Positions 13,904 through 23,865 are shown, counted from the stretch's first letter. The stretch is 39,207 bases of DNA from a virus (IMGVR_UViG_3300045988_010507:1-39207), one strand, 5' to 3'. The notes: generated from the sequence alone by a model not told the origin. Numbers and translations are program-made.

Positions 13904-15211
13904 TTAATCCGTGGTTTTGGTGTAACGCATGAGCGCCACGGTATTATTCCCCGACTGATCGCTGACGTCAGATGTAGAGCCAAGTATAATGTTGTAGCCG
14001 TCCGTTCCAATAGTATAATAATTCACATACGGGACCGTATTACTATTGCTCATCTGTGCCGTTATACTAATTGGGACGCAGTTGCTTATGCCATGAGCAA
14101 CCATCTTCGACGAGCCAGGAGCTGGGAACTTACCGCAGTCCACCACCTTAACATACACCGGCTTGCCAAGATACCGCTCGATGGTGCGGTACTCGACGCC
14201 GAGCTGCATGGGAGGGTTGACCCATTCCCATGCCCCCCATGTACCACCTTGATAACGACCTCTGATTTTTTGATAAACCGAGCCGTCGTTATCTACCCAA
14301 AATGCGCTTTGAACTAAGTGAGATCCTTCCGTATAATTCGTTGTAAGGCCAATCCCCCAAAGTCCAGGAAAGGGGTGATTCAATAAATTATCATTCCCAT
14401 CTTTCCACCAACCGTTCGAAAGGGCCTCATTCCAATCTGTGCTGATTGTTTGAGCCGACCCACCTAATCCAAACCCATCTGGCGCCGCCCCGATGTTGCT
14501 CCGAGCCTGCGTTTTCTGCGCGTCGGCAAGGGTCTGCGCGGCGTCATAGCGGACCGCGCCCTGCACGGTGTCCGCCCCGATGTTCGTCCGTGCCTGCGCT
14601 TTCTGCTCGTCGGTGAGGCTCTGTGCCGCGTCGTAGCGGACGAAGTTATCCTCTCCACCAGTGGGGCCTGCAGGGCCTTGGAGGTTGCCGACATAACGCC
14701 AGTTGGAAATCGTTGGGTCATACATGTAAAACGCATACGGCGGCTCTGTGCCAACACCATAGGTGTCACCGGTCCCGGGAGACGGGACGGCTGCATTTAG
14801 TGCGGAAAGTGTTTCGTAGTAGCCAAGTACCATAAAGTTCTTTCCGTCCGCGCCGTCGGCTCCCTTGGCTCCCCTCTTTCCCGCGGGCCCCTGCGGGCCT
14901 TTGATCGCGGTCAGAGACGTTAGCGTAAAAACGTAGACCCAATTTGCCGTGCCTTTGAGGTAAACCTTGCCGTAGTCCGGGGAGGATGCGCTCTCGGGCA
15001 GAATGAGGACGAACTGGCCGCGCGCGACGTCCGTACCGGCAAAGTTCTGGTTCATCTCCGCCACGCTCTGGTATTCCTTGGTGATTCCGATTGGGACGCC
15101 CGCCGAGGCGAGCAGCGCGTCAATTTCTTCGCCGGAATAGAGCAAGATGTAATAATCACGCAGTTTTGCAAAGATCTCTTCCAAAACTGCAACTCTCTGT
15201 TCAATGGTCAT
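13904..15211 (-). CDS. Tail fibre / receptor-binding protein with a collagen-like segment
   Basis: 435 aa. Contains GPQGPAGKRGAKGADGADG and GPAGPTGG collagen-like triplets and a duplicated VRYDAAQ[ST]L[TA]D[EA]QK[AT]QAR[TS]NIGA fibre repeat. The C-terminal ~185 aa have visibly lower GC. Confidence 0.8.
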   Translation of the reverse strand: MTIEQRVAVLEEIFAKLRDYYILLYSGEEIDALLASAGVPIGITKEYQSVAEMNQNFAGTDVARGQFVLILPESASSPDYGKVYLKGTANWVYVFTLTSLTAIKGPQGPAGKRGAKGADGADGKNFMVLGYYETLSALNAAVPSPGTGDTYGVGTEPPYAFYMYDPTISNWRYVGNLQGPAGPTGGEDNFVRYDAAQSLTDEQKAQARTNIGADTVQGAVRYDAAQTLADAQKTQARSNIGAAPDGFGLGGSAQTISTDWNEALSNGWWKDGNDNLLNHPFPGLWGIGLTTNYTEGSHLVQSAFWVDNDGSVYQKIRGRYQGGTWGAWEWVNPPMQLGVEYRTIERYLGKPVYVKVVDCGKFPAPGSSKMVAHGISNCVPISITAQMSNSNTVPYVNYYTIGTDGYNIILGSTSDVSDQSGNNTVALMRYTKTTD

Positions 15212-15222
15212 TTTTGTTCACC

Positions 15223-17478
15223 TCATACAATAAGCAATCTTTTCAGTCGGTCAAACAAAAGGCCTCCGCCGCGTTGCACCAACGGGCCGGAACGGTTTTG
15301 CCCCAATTTCCGGTAGTAGATCAAAATACATCCGTCTGCACCCTGTCCGCCGGCGGAGCCGAGCCCTCGCCCGACCGAGCGGCTGGGTTCTACGACCAAT
15401 ACAGGCTTCGTCGCCTGTGCGTCGTCGCGCTTCACGCATGACGCATAGGTTCCCCAAGCGGTTTGACCGTTTCCGCCGCCGCCGTTTCCTCCGGTACCAC
15501 CGGTTCCATAGCCAGCCGCCTTTTCCGGCGGCATTGCAGTCGCACCGACGCCCTGATTGCCGCCGCGGACAGAGATGTAGTTCACGGAGTCCGTTATGGT
15601 CGGCGGGATGCCGGGGCCGCCGTTATTGCCGTTTGCTTTGTAAGCCGGACCGCCGCCGTGCGCGCCTTTTGAGCGGGCCTCAAAATGACCGTAATTGTAG
15701 CTTTCGCCAAATTCATCCTCCGCGTCCGGTGTGCCCTGCTGGCCAGCCGTATAGCTCACGCCATTGACAACGATATCTGCCGGCCGAACAACATTGCCAG
15801 CTGAATCATAACCGACGCCGTCCCCGCCCGGCGTTCCTGCAGCACCCTTTGCCGCGAACGTATCGCCGGTGATGAAATCTGTGTAGCCGTTCGGGTTGGA
15901 TGATCCGCTGTCAGCAGACGAGCCGCCCATTGTGGTGTGCGTGCCGTAGGAGCCGGCAGCGTCGCTGCCCTCCTCATAGGGTGCTCCTTCGCCGCCGACG
16001 CCGCAGCTATAAGCGATCTTTGTACCAGGCACCGCGTCCATGATCGTTTCGATCAGGATTTTTCCGCCCTCGCCCGGATCTCCGGGATCGCCGCCCGGAG
16101 CCGGTGGAAGATCCTTTGCTAAAAACCCTCTGGCTATTCTGGTAAATTTGTGCCCACTTTGGCCGTCGTATGAGGACGATTCCTGCGTGACCTTGGACGT
16201 TGGCAGGCTTCCGGGCTTTCCGCACTTTCCGCCCTGACCCGGGTCGATCAGGACGCGGGTGTAGCTCGTCACGCCCTCCGGGACCGTCCACTCGCCAGAG
16301 CCTGTGAGGATGACGCGCTCGTCGTAGTATTCCGTGGTTTCCGGCTGCGGGGGGAGGTAGCCGACGAGCGCCGCCATCTCGCTCTTGAGGGTGCCGCTCA
16401 TGGTCGTGTCAAGGCTCACGATGCACGCAGAGACCATCTTTTTATCGTAGGGGTGATAGACGCTGACCACATGCCCGGGCTTCTCCTGCCCGCTTACAAT
16501 GCCGTTGGTGATGGTCTCTCGGCACTTATAATAGTCTGCCAGCCTTTTGGCGACAGCGGAGGAATTGACAAGGGAGACGAGCGTGGCGTCCGTAACGGAC
16601 TTGACGTTTTCCGCCGCGCTCTCTGTGACGGTTTGCGTCACAAGGCGCGTGTTGTGGATGTACGTCTTGCCCTTGAGCGAGCCGGAGCCGGAGGAGATTT
16701 TGGCGTAGTTTGCGCCACTCTCCAAAATGGTGAAGCCTGTCGCTGTGAGTGAGTGCATCGGCTCGGAGAATGTGATGATGTCGCCCTGCTGAGATGTGCC
16801 GGAAAACAGCTCCTTTTCGTCGGTCCCCGCGATGTACTGATGCTCCGTGACGGTAACGGCGGAGATGGGGTCGCTATAGCTCACTTTCCCTCCGCTGGCA
16901 TACATTCGGTTGCTGCCAATCGTGGACGAGGCACCATCCCATAACGAATCAATGTGCAAAACGCCGTTTAAATCGGTCGTCAAATACGCGCCGATAGCAA
17001 ACAACACCTGCACGAGGTTGTCTCTTGCGCTTTTCCCCCGCCTATCTGCTTTTGGCTGGCAATACGGCAGCCATCCATATAGCTTGGTGTTGGCAAATAC
17101 GCTTTTTACAACAACAGGTACGTTCCCGCAGATTTCTTTAACGACCTCTGCCACAGTTTGCCCGGTATAGATGCCGCCTTTGTGCGCCATTGCCGCCAAA
17201 AGCCCGACCGCAGACCACGCAACGAGCCGATACGAGGTTGCGCCGGTGCGTGTAATTGACCGGAGATAATAAATCTGCATGGATGCGTCGGAATCATTTT
17301 CCCAAACGCGGATCGGGTCGTTCTTGGCAAAAGCCATAATGGTCGGATCATTGCATCGGACGACCGCAGTTAGCGTATCCGCCGAAATGCTTTCGCAGCT
17401 TAACGATTGTTCGCGCGTCGGCTTGGCGCTTTCAGTTTGCGAAAAAAGAAATGTCCAGTTTTTATAGGTGATCTTCAT
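15223..17478 (-). CDS. Tail tip / tail-associated protein with a Gly-rich C-terminal domain
   Basis: ORF 15223..17571 trimmed to M32 (MKITYKNW...). Sits downstream of the tape measure and the Dit-like gene. The C-terminal ~300 aa are Gly-rich (GGTGGNGGGGNG...GGQGADGCILIYY). Confidence 0.6.
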   Translation of the reverse strand: MKITYKNWTFLFSQTESAKPTREQSLSCESISADTLTAVVRCNDPTIMAFAKNDPIRVWENDSDASMQIYYLRSITRTGATSYRLVAWSAVGLLAAMAHKGGIYTGQTVAEVVKEICGNVPVVVKSVFANTKLYGWLPYCQPKADRRGKSARDNLVQVLFAIGAYLTTDLNGVLHIDSLWDGASSTIGSNRMYASGGKVSYSDPISAVTVTEHQYIAGTDEKELFSGTSQQGDIITFSEPMHSLTATGFTILESGANYAKISSGSGSLKGKTYIHNTRLVTQTVTESAAENVKSVTDATLVSLVNSSAVAKRLADYYKCRETITNGIVSGQEKPGHVVSVYHPYDKKMVSACIVSLDTTMSGTLKSEMAALVGYLPPQPETTEYYDERVILTGSGEWTVPEGVTSYTRVLIDPGQGGKCGKPGSLPTSKVTQESSSYDGQSGHKFTRIARGFLAKDLPPAPGGDPGDPGEGGKILIETIMDAVPGTKIAYSCGVGGEGAPYEEGSDAAGSYGTHTTMGGSSADSGSSNPNGYTDFITGDTFAAKGAAGTPGGDGVGYDSAGNVVRPADIVVNGVSYTAGQQGTPDAEDEFGESYNYGHFEARSKGAHGGGPAYKANGNNGGPGIPPTITDSVNYISVRGGNQGVGATAMPPEKAAGYGTGGTGGNGGGGNGQTAWGTYASCVKRDDAQATKPVLVVEPSRSVGRGLGSAGGQGADGCILIYYRKLGQNRSGPLVQRGGGLLFDRLKRLLIV

Positions 17479-17480
17479 GC

Positions 17481-17852
17481 TCACTTCTCCGTCAACACAA
17501 GCACCGTGCCCGTCCAGTATTCCGCCGCGTTTGTCCCCTGCCCCCGATCCACGCTTTCGGGCGGCTCGCAAGTCATTGCAGCCGTGCGATAATCTCCCGT
17601 TTTAGGATCAAAAAAGTAGACGTTGAGCGTCCCACTATAAAGCTGGGCGAGTAACGCATTTAGCTGCGTTTCGGTCAGCGGCATGCAGGTGCAGGTGATG
17701 ACTGCTTTAATTGCCAAAATGTCTTCGGTAAAGCTCCCATCGAGCATATAGCCCTCATTCGGCCCTTTGATCTTTTTGTGCGTAACCTTATAGCCAACCG
17801 GAGTAAAGTACGCAGTGAAGTCAATGTTATTGATCTTGATCGTTTTTCTCAT
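17481..17852 (-). CDS. Small distal-tail-protein-like protein
   Basis: 123 aa. ATGA-coupled directly after the tape measure gene. The call rests mainly on position. Confidence 0.4.
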   Translation of the reverse strand: MRKTIKINNIDFTAYFTPVGYKVTHKKIKGPNEGYMLDGSFTEDILAIKAVITCTCMPLTETQLNALLAQLYSGTLNVYFFDPKTGDYRTAAMTCEPPESVDRGQGTNAAEYWTGTVLVLTEK

Positions 17853-19618
17853 GCTCCACTCCTTACCGCTTCTGCTTCATTGTAAGGCACCATTTTCCGA
17901 GCCAGCACGGTGCCGTCCAGTTCGGTCGTCAGGTTGATAATGATTTGGCCTTCTTTTCCTGCTGCCATAGAGCCAATCCCGGACGCGATAGAGTTTCCAA
18001 TAGCCGCAGCGCCAGAAGCCCCAAAATCAATAGATGCGGTTCCAAAATCAAGGTTTTTCGAAATGTCGCGCTTAATGGAACCGAACTCGCTGTCCCATCC
18101 TTCTCCGAGACCCAACGCCATGTTTTCGCCGATTCCAGCAAATACGCGAGACGGCGAGTGGATGCCGAGCGTTGATTTTACGCCGTCTACAATACCGTCA
18201 AAAAAGCCTTCGACCATGCTTTTAAGCCAGTCGCCCATCCTTTTAATGCCATCCCAAATGCCTTGGACAAGAGCTACGCCGATTTTGATTGCCGCTTCTC
18301 CGATATAGCTAAGAGACTGGATAAATGCAGATGCAAGATTTTTGACAATCTTAGGTGCTTCCGCCAAAAGAGTGGGCAGATTATCAACAAGTCCTTCTAC
18401 AAGCGCGACGATAAACAGCGTACTTGCTTCAACAAGAGCAACAAGCGTGTCTGGTTGTGTCAACACTTCCGCAATCTGTGCCACGCAATCTGCTAACTGC
18501 GGAGCAATTTCCGACATAGCCGATGCAATTCCTTGCACCAATGCGATCAGCATTTGGACGCCTACGTCTAATAGCTGGGGTATAATTGACAGAATCGCTC
18601 CGGTGATTTGCGGTGCCATATCAGCAAGCGCCGAAACGATGTCTGGTGCTGCGTCTACCACGCCTTGCACTAATGCTGTGGCAGCATCTACAAGCGACGG
18701 CAAAACAGAGCTTACGAGCGACGGTAATTGCTCAGAAATAACCGGAGCAAGCTTGACAATAAGATCGCCAAATCCCGTGAAAATCTTTTCAATGCGCGGG
18801 AGAATGTTTTCTGCGGCCTTGCTGACCGAATAGGTAAAGTTTTCGATCAACTTGTCAAGGTCCGCGTTATCGTCTGCAATTCCGGTCACAAGGTTTGACC
18901 AAGCGGACTTCATCATGTTAACGCTGCCTTCGATAGTGCTTGCCGCTTCCTCTGCCGTTGTTCCGGTGATTCCCATTTGATCTTGGATCACATGGATTGC
19001 TTCAATCATCTTGTCGAAAGAAACGCTATTGACTGTGTCCGCTGTAACTTCAACGGTGTCGCCCAACACCCCGGAATCGTTAATAAGGCGTGCCATCTCT
19101 GTTGCCGTTCCGCCATAACCGAGCTTGAGGTTATCAAGCATGGTATAGTTCTGCTTGGCAAAGCCCTGATAGGCATTTTGGATCATTTCCATGCTTGTGC
19201 CCATCTTGTTGGCATTATCTGCCATGTCAATGACGGCTTGATTGGCGACCTCTGCCGCCTTTTCCGTGTCTCCGCCAAGGCCTTGCAGCAAGGACGCCGA
19301 AAAAGATGTAACGGTATCCATGTACTCGTTGGCAGACAATCCGGCGGTTTCGTAGGCGCGATTTGCGTGCTCTATCACTTGATCGGCGGACTGCTTAAAC
19401 AGCGTTTCCACACCGCCGACAAGCTGTTCATATTCCGCGTAACCGTCCAAAGATTGTTTTGTTAAGAGGGACACGGCCCCGGCAGCGGCGGCAACTGCCG
19501 CCGTGCCGATTTTTGCCGCCGTTTTCAGCCCGCTTCCAATTTTTGACGCAATCCCGCCCAAATTGGAACTTGCTTGATCGTCTACGCTGATTTTGACAAA
19601 TAAATCAAGTAGATTCAT
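17849..19618 (-). CDS. Tape measure protein
   Basis: 589 aa. Ala/Leu/Ile-rich helical repeats, a conserved-looking N-terminal region (MGTSMEMIQNAYQGFAKQNYTMLDNLKLGYGGT) and a central hydrophobic block. Positioned after the G/GT chaperone. Confidence 0.85.
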   Translation of the reverse strand: MNLLDLFVKISVDDQASSNLGGIASKIGSGLKTAAKIGTAAVAAAAGAVSLLTKQSLDGYAEYEQLVGGVETLFKQSADQVIEHANRAYETAGLSANEYMDTVTSFSASLLQGLGGDTEKAAEVANQAVIDMADNANKMGTSMEMIQNAYQGFAKQNYTMLDNLKLGYGGTATEMARLINDSGVLGDTVEVTADTVNSVSFDKMIEAIHVIQDQMGITGTTAEEAASTIEGSVNMMKSAWSNLVTGIADDNADLDKLIENFTYSVSKAAENILPRIEKIFTGFGDLIVKLAPVISEQLPSLVSSVLPSLVDAATALVQGVVDAAPDIVSALADMAPQITGAILSIIPQLLDVGVQMLIALVQGIASAMSEIAPQLADCVAQIAEVLTQPDTLVALVEASTLFIVALVEGLVDNLPTLLAEAPKIVKNLASAFIQSLSYIGEAAIKIGVALVQGIWDGIKRMGDWLKSMVEGFFDGIVDGVKSTLGIHSPSRVFAGIGENMALGLGEGWDSEFGSIKRDISKNLDFGTASIDFGASGAAAIGNSIASGIGSMAAGKEGQIIINLTTELDGTVLARKMVPYNEAEAVRSGA

Positions 19619-19852
19619 GTTTCACCACCAATCCGCACCGCGCGACTATATCGGCGGTAATCTCTTCGCACGTCCTGTTGTCCTGTTTTTTCGGCTCAAT
19701 AATGTCCGCGTATCGCGCCTTGATATAGTTCCCGCTCGCAAATTTGGCCGTATTTTCGGTCACAATGCGCAGCGCGTCCGTCACATAAATGCGGTACGCC
19801 TCGGTTTTTGCTCTCTCATTGAGCCGCGCCGCGCAGTACTGCAGGAACGGCT
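19605..19852 (-). CDS. gpT-like extension of the tail assembly chaperone, -1 frame relative to 19853..20248
   Basis: The -1 frame stays open across the G stop. It reads ...GQRRIKPFLQYCAARLNERAKTEAYRIYVTDALRIVTENTAKFASGNYIKARYADIIEPKKQDNRTCEEITADIVARCGLVVKHEST and stops at 19605. There is no ATG/GTG start near its beginning. Confidence 0.45.
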
Positions 19853-20248
19853 TTATTCGTCTTTGCCCTCGGTATTCTCCTGCGCAGAGCCAGAGGAGTT
19901 CTCGCTCTGCGCCGAGAGAAAAAGCGTGCTGAAAGCATCGTCGGTCAAAAGCTCCGTCGCGTCCCGCATCAGCTTGACGAGGTTCAGAGCGCCCTTGTAG
20001 CTCTCCGCGCTCACGCCCTCAATAGAGGCAAGAATGGCGATGATGTCGCCCTTGTGGCCCTTGAGCAGCGCAGGGAGCGCTTTTCGCGCCCGCTGCGTAG
20101 CAAACTGCTTCACCGTCATGCCCTCGGGCAGCTTCTCGCGCTTGAACAGAGCGGATGCTGCATCGTCCTCCGCAATGTTAGCAATCGGGTCGATGATATC
20201 CGCGATGACGTCAAAGACGCGCTCGCCCTGAATGTCGGAAAGTCTCAT
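19853..20248 (-). CDS. Tail assembly chaperone (gpG-like)
   Basis: 131 aa, acidic. Located between the tail tube and tape measure genes. Confidence 0.65.
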   Translation of the reverse strand: MRLSDIQGERVFDVIADIIDPIANIAEDDAASALFKREKLPEGMTVKQFATQRARKALPALLKGHKGDIIAILASIEGVSAESYKGALNLVKLMRDATELLTDDAFSTLFLSAQSENSSGSAQENTEGKDE

Positions 20249-20836
20249 TTACGCCTCCGCCGTGCCGGCCTTGATGTAGATTTCAAAGGGAACGGTCTCC
20301 TGATCATTTATAGAGTAGTGGGCCATATACTCAAACGTAAACTGTCCCTTCGCTTTGTCAGCTGTTTTCATTTGGAATCCACCCGTAGAAAGCGCATTCA
20401 GCAGATGGATGGCAATAAAGCCTCCATTTGTTTCCCCGTTCATATCGGAGTAGTCACCCACAATCCAAATGTCATCAAAGTCGGAATCCTTGAGATAGTT
20501 TCTCGGTGTGATCTTGGTGGCGTCTGTCGTATCGATATCCGCCGCCCCGCAGAGGCTCTTAGCAATTGCAGTATCTGCGTTTACAAATGTACCGCTGGCT
20601 TTTGCCTCCCACGAATCGATCTGTTTTAGCTCCTTGGTATTTTTGGGGCAGTTGTCGATATCCTCTCCATAGTCCTTATAGGTGGGCGTTGCGATATAGG
20701 TAATGCCGCCGGTCGTCGCGCCAATCTGACCCGCCTCGCCGATAGTGCCGGTCGCAGGCGTGAAGTCGGTCGTCAGAATACCGGCGTTAATCTGAAGTTT
20801 CTGAAACGCATCAGAAGGAATCTTGGTAAATTTCAT
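20249..20836 (-). CDS. Major tail (tube) protein
   Basis: 195 aa. Position and beta-rich composition are typical of siphovirus tube proteins. Confidence 0.7.
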   Translation of the reverse strand: MKFTKIPSDAFQKLQINAGILTTDFTPATGTIGEAGQIGATTGGITYIATPTYKDYGEDIDNCPKNTKELKQIDSWEAKASGTFVNADTAIAKSLCGAADIDTTDATKITPRNYLKDSDFDDIWIVGDYSDMNGETNGGFIAIHLLNALSTGGFQMKTADKAKGQFTFEYMAHYSINDQETVPFEIYIKAGTAEA

Positions 20837-20851
20837 GTCGTTGTCCTTTCA

Positions 20852-21220
20852 TCAGTTTTGCGACAGGAACTCAACCGTAATGTTGAGATACCGCCGCTTG
20901 ATGTTTTTATCGCTTTCGTCCGCGATGTTTTGGCACCACGGGGAGCCGCGCTTGATCCACATCGCCCCGCCGTCATACGGCACAAGCACGCCGCCCATAC
21001 CGATTGCATCGGCGATCTCCTGTGCCTTTGCGTTTGGTACCGCCTCGCTCTCGGTGTAATACCAGAGGTTGACCGTCAGCGCGATTTCGCCGCTCTCCCA
21101 TGATCCGATGATAAGCTCATAGGTCAGCCACGGGAACACCGCATCTTCCGGCACGTTGGAGGTCGGATACGCCGGGAGGAATTGAGAAAGCCACGCATGG
21201 AGCGCCTTGTCCTTTGTCAT
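20852..21220 (-). CDS. Neck / tail-completion protein (putative)
   Basis: 122 aa. Last of three head-tail joining genes before the tube gene. Positional call. Confidence 0.4.
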   Translation of the reverse strand: MTKDKALHAWLSQFLPAYPTSNVPEDAVFPWLTYELIIGSWESGEIALTVNLWYYTESEAVPNAKAQEIADAIGMGGVLVPYDGGAMWIKRGSPWCQNIADESDKNIKRRYLNITVEFLSQN

Positions 21221-21576
21221 TTCGGCAGCTCCTTTCGCTCCGCGGTGAAGAATTTCAGCGCCCGAATCGTCGGGCCTGCCGACCGCGGCGCAGCCCGTTC
21301 TTCCGGGTTTGAGGTCACGCGGTAGGTGTTGCCGGTGGACGTGTCGCGGAAATAGTCGTTGTACTCAATGGGAACGCTCTGATTGACCAGTACAGAATAC
21401 ACCGAGGTCACACCCTCCTTTTCCGCCCTGCGGGCCTCCATCGAGGTGTCAAGCGCTTGATAGTTGAGAAATTCCGCGCCATCGGCCCACGCAACGATGT
21501 AGCCGCCTGCGCCATCCTGCGTGCGCGTCTTTTCCATCAGCACGCATTTGCTTGCGAAATCGTCAAGTAAACTCAC
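21217..21576 (-). CDS. Head closure / head-tail joining protein (putative)
   Basis: ORF 21217..21603 trimmed to a GTG in a GTGA overlap with the upstream stop. ...DGAGGYIVAWADGAEFLNYQALDTSMEARRAEKEGVTSVYSVLV...YRVTS fits the head-tail joining family pattern. Confidence 0.5.
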   Translation of the reverse strand: MSLLDDFASKCVLMEKTRTQDGAGGYIVAWADGAEFLNYQALDTSMEARRAEKEGVTSVYSVLVNQSVPIEYNDYFRDTSTGNTYRVTSNPEERAAPRSAGPTIRALKFFTAERKELPK

Positions 21577-22007
21577 GGTTCCACCCCCTTGAGCTTCCGC
21601 CAATCATTCAATCGGCCTTTAAAAGCGCCCTGCCAGCCCGTCCCAGCGCTCGTGTCGGCATTTCCGCCGCTCGCCTTGGTGTAACTGTACCCGCCGAAGC
21701 TTTCGCTCGTGTACGGGCTTAAAACGGCTTCACCGTTCTTTTCTTCCCATGCGGCGATATCTTCGGCAAGCACAACCACAGCCTTTGGCACAGCCAATAC
21801 CCACACTGTCCCGGTAAATGTTTCATCCGTCAGGTCAACCGCCGGATATTGATGCAGTCCATCGTTGAACACGGAGCCGACGATGCGGAAATATTGATTG
21901 GTTTGGAGAAAGGGCAGCGCAATGCTGCCATTCTCCACGGTGAACGTGCCCTCGTGGATCTCCACAAGGAACCAGTTGTTCAAGTGCCGCAAGACCTGTT
22001 CAAGCAT
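21573..22007 (-). CDS. Head-tail connector/adaptor (putative)
   Basis: 144 aa. First gene after the capsid gene. Positional call. Confidence 0.4.
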   Translation of the reverse strand: MLEQVLRHLNNWFLVEIHEGTFTVENGSIALPFLQTNQYFRIVGSVFNDGLHQYPAVDLTDETFTGTVWVLAVPKAVVVLAEDIAAWEEKNGEAVLSPYTSESFGGYSYTKASGGNADTSAGTGWQGAFKGRLNDWRKLKGVEP

Positions 22008-22023
22008 TACGCTGCCCTCCTTA

Positions 22024-23163
22024 TCACTTTGCGGTCACGCTCGCGTTGCCGCTCTTGAGCGCGTGGTAGTTGCCGTCGCACTCGACCACGGTCACGGTCT
22101 GGCCGGTCGCAATGGTCAGGTCGCTCTTTCCGTCCCAATCGTTCCAACCGGCGACGTTGTCGCCGTAAGCGACGGTTGCGGCAGAGGAGCCGGACGTGTA
22201 CTTATACTTATTGCCTGCGGCAGCCTTTGCCGGAGACACGGTCAGCTTGGTATCGCCGCTCTTGGATCCTGCGGCAGAGGTGACCGTCAAAGAGCCGAGC
22301 GTGCCGCTGTCGATGGTGCCAACGACCACGCCGTCAATGCGCTCGGCAAACAGCTCCATGCCGTTAATGACGGTGTCCGATGCGGTCATGTTGGTGTAAT
22401 CAGGCTCCTCATGGATGCCGATGTAGCCAGTCGCATCGGTGGTGAAGGTGAATACCTCCTGCAGATCGGCGCCGTTGACGGGGATGTAGTAGAGGACAAT
22501 GTTGTCCTTTGCCGTGGCGTAAATCTTGCCCTTCGGGACGCTGGCGTTCATGATGAGCGTTCCGAGGCCGAGGAAGTTCTCGACGTAGCTCATGCCGAAT
22601 GCGGTCTGCACGGTGATGTTGGCCGTAGACAGGTAATCCGCAACGTCCAGCGGATTCATGAAGTAGACCGCGCCGATCTCGTCATCCTCGAAAAGAACCT
22701 GCAGATTGCCCCAAGCCTGCGCAAGAACAGTCTGGAAGTTCTTACCGCTCACCGCGCCGGTGCCAGTCGAGAGGAAGTCAAAGAAGCTCTTGCGGATGCC
22801 CTTCTGCACATCCTTGAGCATTTCATCGGTGGTCATTTCCACCGCCTGATCGTAACCACGGTCGGTGATCGCTTCAGCAGAGGTGGCCTTGCGCCACTTC
22901 TTGAGCGTGATCTCTTTGTAGTTCACAGCCTCGGTCTTGTAGTGGGAAAGGGGGATGGTGTCGCCCTCGGCCACAACGCCGCTCTCGAGCGTGCCGGTCG
23001 CTTTGTAGCTCTTGAGCATAGTACCCGCCTGCTTGGCAATCTTGCGGGTCACGCCCAGGGCCTCCATTAGCTTCTTGATAGAGTACCCGAACATTTCGGT
23101 AAATTCGATCTCGCGCACGCGGGCGAGGTCATTTTTCTTGATCAGATTGGTTTCAGCAGCCAT
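22024..23163 (-). CDS. Major capsid protein with a C-terminal Ig-like extension
   Basis: 379 aa, directly after the scaffold gene. The C-terminal ~100 aa (GSLTVTSAAGSKSGDTKLTVSP...TVTVVECDGNYHALKSGNASVTAK) look like a Big_2-type Ig domain. Confidence 0.8.
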   Translation of the reverse strand: MAAETNLIKKNDLARVREIEFTEMFGYSIKKLMEALGVTRKIAKQAGTMLKSYKATGTLESGVVAEGDTIPLSHYKTEAVNYKEITLKKWRKATSAEAITDRGYDQAVEMTTDEMLKDVQKGIRKSFFDFLSTGTGAVSGKNFQTVLAQAWGNLQVLFEDDEIGAVYFMNPLDVADYLSTANITVQTAFGMSYVENFLGLGTLIMNASVPKGKIYATAKDNIVLYYIPVNGADLQEVFTFTTDATGYIGIHEEPDYTNMTASDTVINGMELFAERIDGVVVGTIDSGTLGSLTVTSAAGSKSGDTKLTVSPAKAAAGNKYKYTSGSSAATVAYGDNVAGWNDWDGKSDLTIATGQTVTVVECDGNYHALKSGNASVTAK

Positions 23164-23165
23164 AA

Positions 23166-23783
23166 TTAGCCTCCGTTCTTATTTTCAAAAAGATTGATGT
23201 TTGCAGCGATTGCCGCGCGGCGCTCCGACCTGTCCTTGATCTGCATGATCTGATCTTTGGTCATTGCGCCGCCGCCGGTATTCGCCGGGGGAGTGGCGGG
23301 ATTCGCCCCGTGCGTCTGCGTAATGGAAACAAGCCCCTTGTAGGTGCCGTCTACGAGCGCATCAAGGGCCTTGGTATCCTTGATCTTCTCGCCGTCCAGC
23401 TCCAATGCGGCCATTTCCTCGCCGCAGCCGCGCATCGCAAGGTCGAGATTCGCGCCGGTGATGTTTTTGCTCTCAAAGTAAGCACGCACGGCCTTTTCCT
23501 TTGCCGCCTTGCTTTCTTTTGCTGTGACATTGGCCTTGAAGTCCTCAAAAGCCTTGTGCTCTTTCTCGTACTTCTCCTGATAGCCGCCGTCACCCGCTGC
23601 CTTGAGGTCGTCCAATTCCTTCTGGACGCCGGGCAGCTTCTCCGCGTCCGCCTTGTACTTCGTGAGATCGTCCTTGAGGGGGTCGACCACGCCCAGGTGC
23701 AGCGCAACCAAGCGATTTTCGATCTCTTCGGTGCAAGCCTCGCCGAGAATATTTCTGATTTCCGCTCTCGTAAATTTCGCCAT
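23166..23783 (-). CDS. Scaffolding protein
   Basis: ORF 23166..23882 trimmed to M34 (AAGGAGAA SD). Highly charged, helical, Lys/Glu/Ala-rich. Sits immediately upstream of the capsid gene. Confidence 0.7.
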   Translation of the reverse strand: MAKFTRAEIRNILGEACTEEIENRLVALHLGVVDPLKDDLTKYKADAEKLPGVQKELDDLKAAGDGGYQEKYEKEHKAFEDFKANVTAKESKAAKEKAVRAYFESKNITGANLDLAMRGCGEEMAALELDGEKIKDTKALDALVDGTYKGLVSITQTHGANPATPPANTGGGAMTKDQIMQIKDRSERRAAIAANINLFENKNGG

Positions 23784-23865
23784 GTTATTCGTTCTCCTTT
23801 TCCTTGGCCCCAATTCTTCGGGGGCGAACGTTGTATAAAAACCGCTATGCTTCGCGGGTTTTACC

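Noticed and set aside
13904-15211. Diversity-generating retroelement targeting the tail fibre (internal repeats)
   Set aside because: The repeated VRYDAAQ... units are adjacent in-gene duplications. The window contains no reverse transcriptase and no template repeat.
21898-23070. 390-aa plus-strand ORF
   Set aside because: It is antisense to the major capsid gene. It is a low-complexity Arg/Gly/Ala/Val shadow ORF.
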